Source of the DNA: a virus | Taxonomy: Duplodnaviria; Heunggongvirae; Uroviricota; Caudoviricetes | Length of the DNA stretch: 64,000 bases | Direction: 5' to 3' (one strand) | Virus record (IMG/VR): IMGVR_UViG_3300037512_000782 | Location: 124,732 to 188,731 of that record | Shown here: one piece after another, positions 63,170 through 64,000 of the stretch | How positions within the stretch are numbered: the stretch's first letter is position 1 | How the letters are laid out: each line of letters opens with the position of its first letter | The notes under the pieces: model-generated | Seen by the model: the letters and a program-made list of their open reading frames with translations, nothing else | The model's database searches: none | What the model was told of the DNA's origin: nothing | Made by a program: the position numbers and the translations under genes

Positions 63170-63352
63170 ATGATTATTTACATACCACCACAAGCAAGCG
63201 AAAACGTATCCGAGTTCCTTTCGGACTTCGAAAATACGCTGATCGAACTCGACGTTCCGGTGTGGAAGGTCGCGCTTGGGGGCTTCTGCATTGTAGCTCT
63301 CTTTGTGGGAACGTTCATCGGTATGTTTCACCTCATGATGTGGTTATTATGA
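63170..63352 (+). CDS. Small membrane protein
   Basis: Hydrophobic C-terminal half. Confidence 0.5.
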   Translation: MIIYIPPQASENVSEFLSDFENTLIELDVPVWKVALGGFCIVALFVGTFIGMFHLMMWLL

Positions 63353-64000
63353 AGATTTGCGGTATAGACCCTTCCATGAAATCCAGCGGACAAGTCGTCA
63401 TGACCCTTGACGACGATACGCTCGATGTTGTCGATATTCAGTTCTACGGTTATACGCACACGAAGATGTACGCTATCGACGAGGGAAATGTACATATAAC
63501 ATATCTGGGCAGTTATGAATCTTGTCTGAACCGCTGTATTCCGGATCGCCAAGAACAGACGTATGGCATTATTAAAAGCCGTCTTGACGGCGTGTCGTTC
63601 GTGGGCATGGAAGACTATGCTACGTCGAAGGCGAAGAAGGAAAGCGGAAGCATCTTGCAGATCGCCGAGTTCTGTGGCGGCATACGCTACATGATGTATA
63701 CGATGGGAATCGGCATCATCAACTTCGGCATCGGCCAGATCAAACGATTCGCCACTGGCAACGGTGACGCTGGCAAGCCAGACATGTGCTTGTCCTTCTT
63801 GCATGAGTATCCGCATCTGTATCCGTCCGACATCTTCGCCAAGCTGAAGGAGTTCGATTCTCCGCACAACGACTTGTGCGATGCTTTCTGGATGTGCGAG
63901 ATATTGCGCAGCTGCATGAAGCTGGAAAAGTTTGGGCCCCAGTCTCTTGACGAAACCAAGTACGCTTTCTTGACGACTACGGTGACGAAGGGCGCTCTGT
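63349..64000 (+). CDS. RuvC-like Holliday junction resolvase (runs off the window end)
   Basis: MKICGIDPS, VGMEDY, IAEFCG, QIKRFATGNGDAGKPDM, DLCDAFW; absent from the ORF track because no stop lies in the window. Confidence 0.8.
   Translation, partial: MKICGIDPSMKSSGQVVMTLDDDTLDVVDIQFYGYTHTKMYAIDEGNVHITYLGSYESCLNRCIPDRQEQTYGIIKSRLDGVSFVGMEDYATSKAKKESGSILQIAEFCGGIRYMMYTMGIGIINFGIGQIKRFATGNGDAGKPDMCLSFLHEYPHLYPSDIFAKLKEFDSPHNDLCDAFWMCEILRSCMKLEKFGPQSLDETKYAFLTTTVTKGAL

Noticed and set aside
1-64000. Alternative genetic code (TAG or TGA reassignment), common in tRNA-rich large phages
   Set aside because: Very long genes are intact under the standard code, and TAG, TGA and TAA each end genes immediately before the next start; no canonical suppressor tRNA was found
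1-64000. Host assignment
   Set aside because: Promoter style and codon usage only indicate a moderately GC-rich host with a sigma70-type polymerase; no marker in the window names a taxon

Overview
Fragment of a large T4-like/jumbo myovirus genome using the standard genetic code. 1-29 kb is a late morphogenesis block: AAA+ ATPase, gp14-like neck protein, gp6- and gp7-like baseplate wedge proteins, several very large fibre/virion proteins and a GT2-TPR glycosyltransferase. 29-38 kb holds accessory and probable head-internal proteins, a PD-(D/E)XK exonuclease and an apparently dead gp21-like protease. 38.1-55.7 kb is a translation/RNA island. It has 42 tRNA genes I could fold by hand, covering all 20 amino acids; none encodes CCA and 32 are followed by CTA. 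The first tRNAs lie behind a sigma70-like promoter, a 39-codon leader ORF and a terminator/antiterminator pair. Interspersed are Pth2, an EF-Ts N-terminal-domain protein, AroE, a HAD phosphatase, a Ro60/TROVE (Rsr) gene preceded by five Y-RNA-like genes (three with circularly permuted tRNA domains), an IS200/IS605-type end with no transposase or TnpB, and several unexplained structured non-coding RNAs of about 85-700 nt. 55.9-64 kb carries an NDT-like/metallophosphoesterase fusion, a C5 DNA methyltransferase, a degenerate ABC-type ATPase and a RuvC-like resolvase. All family assignments come from motif recognition by eye and all RNA folds are manual; no database search or folding program was run.
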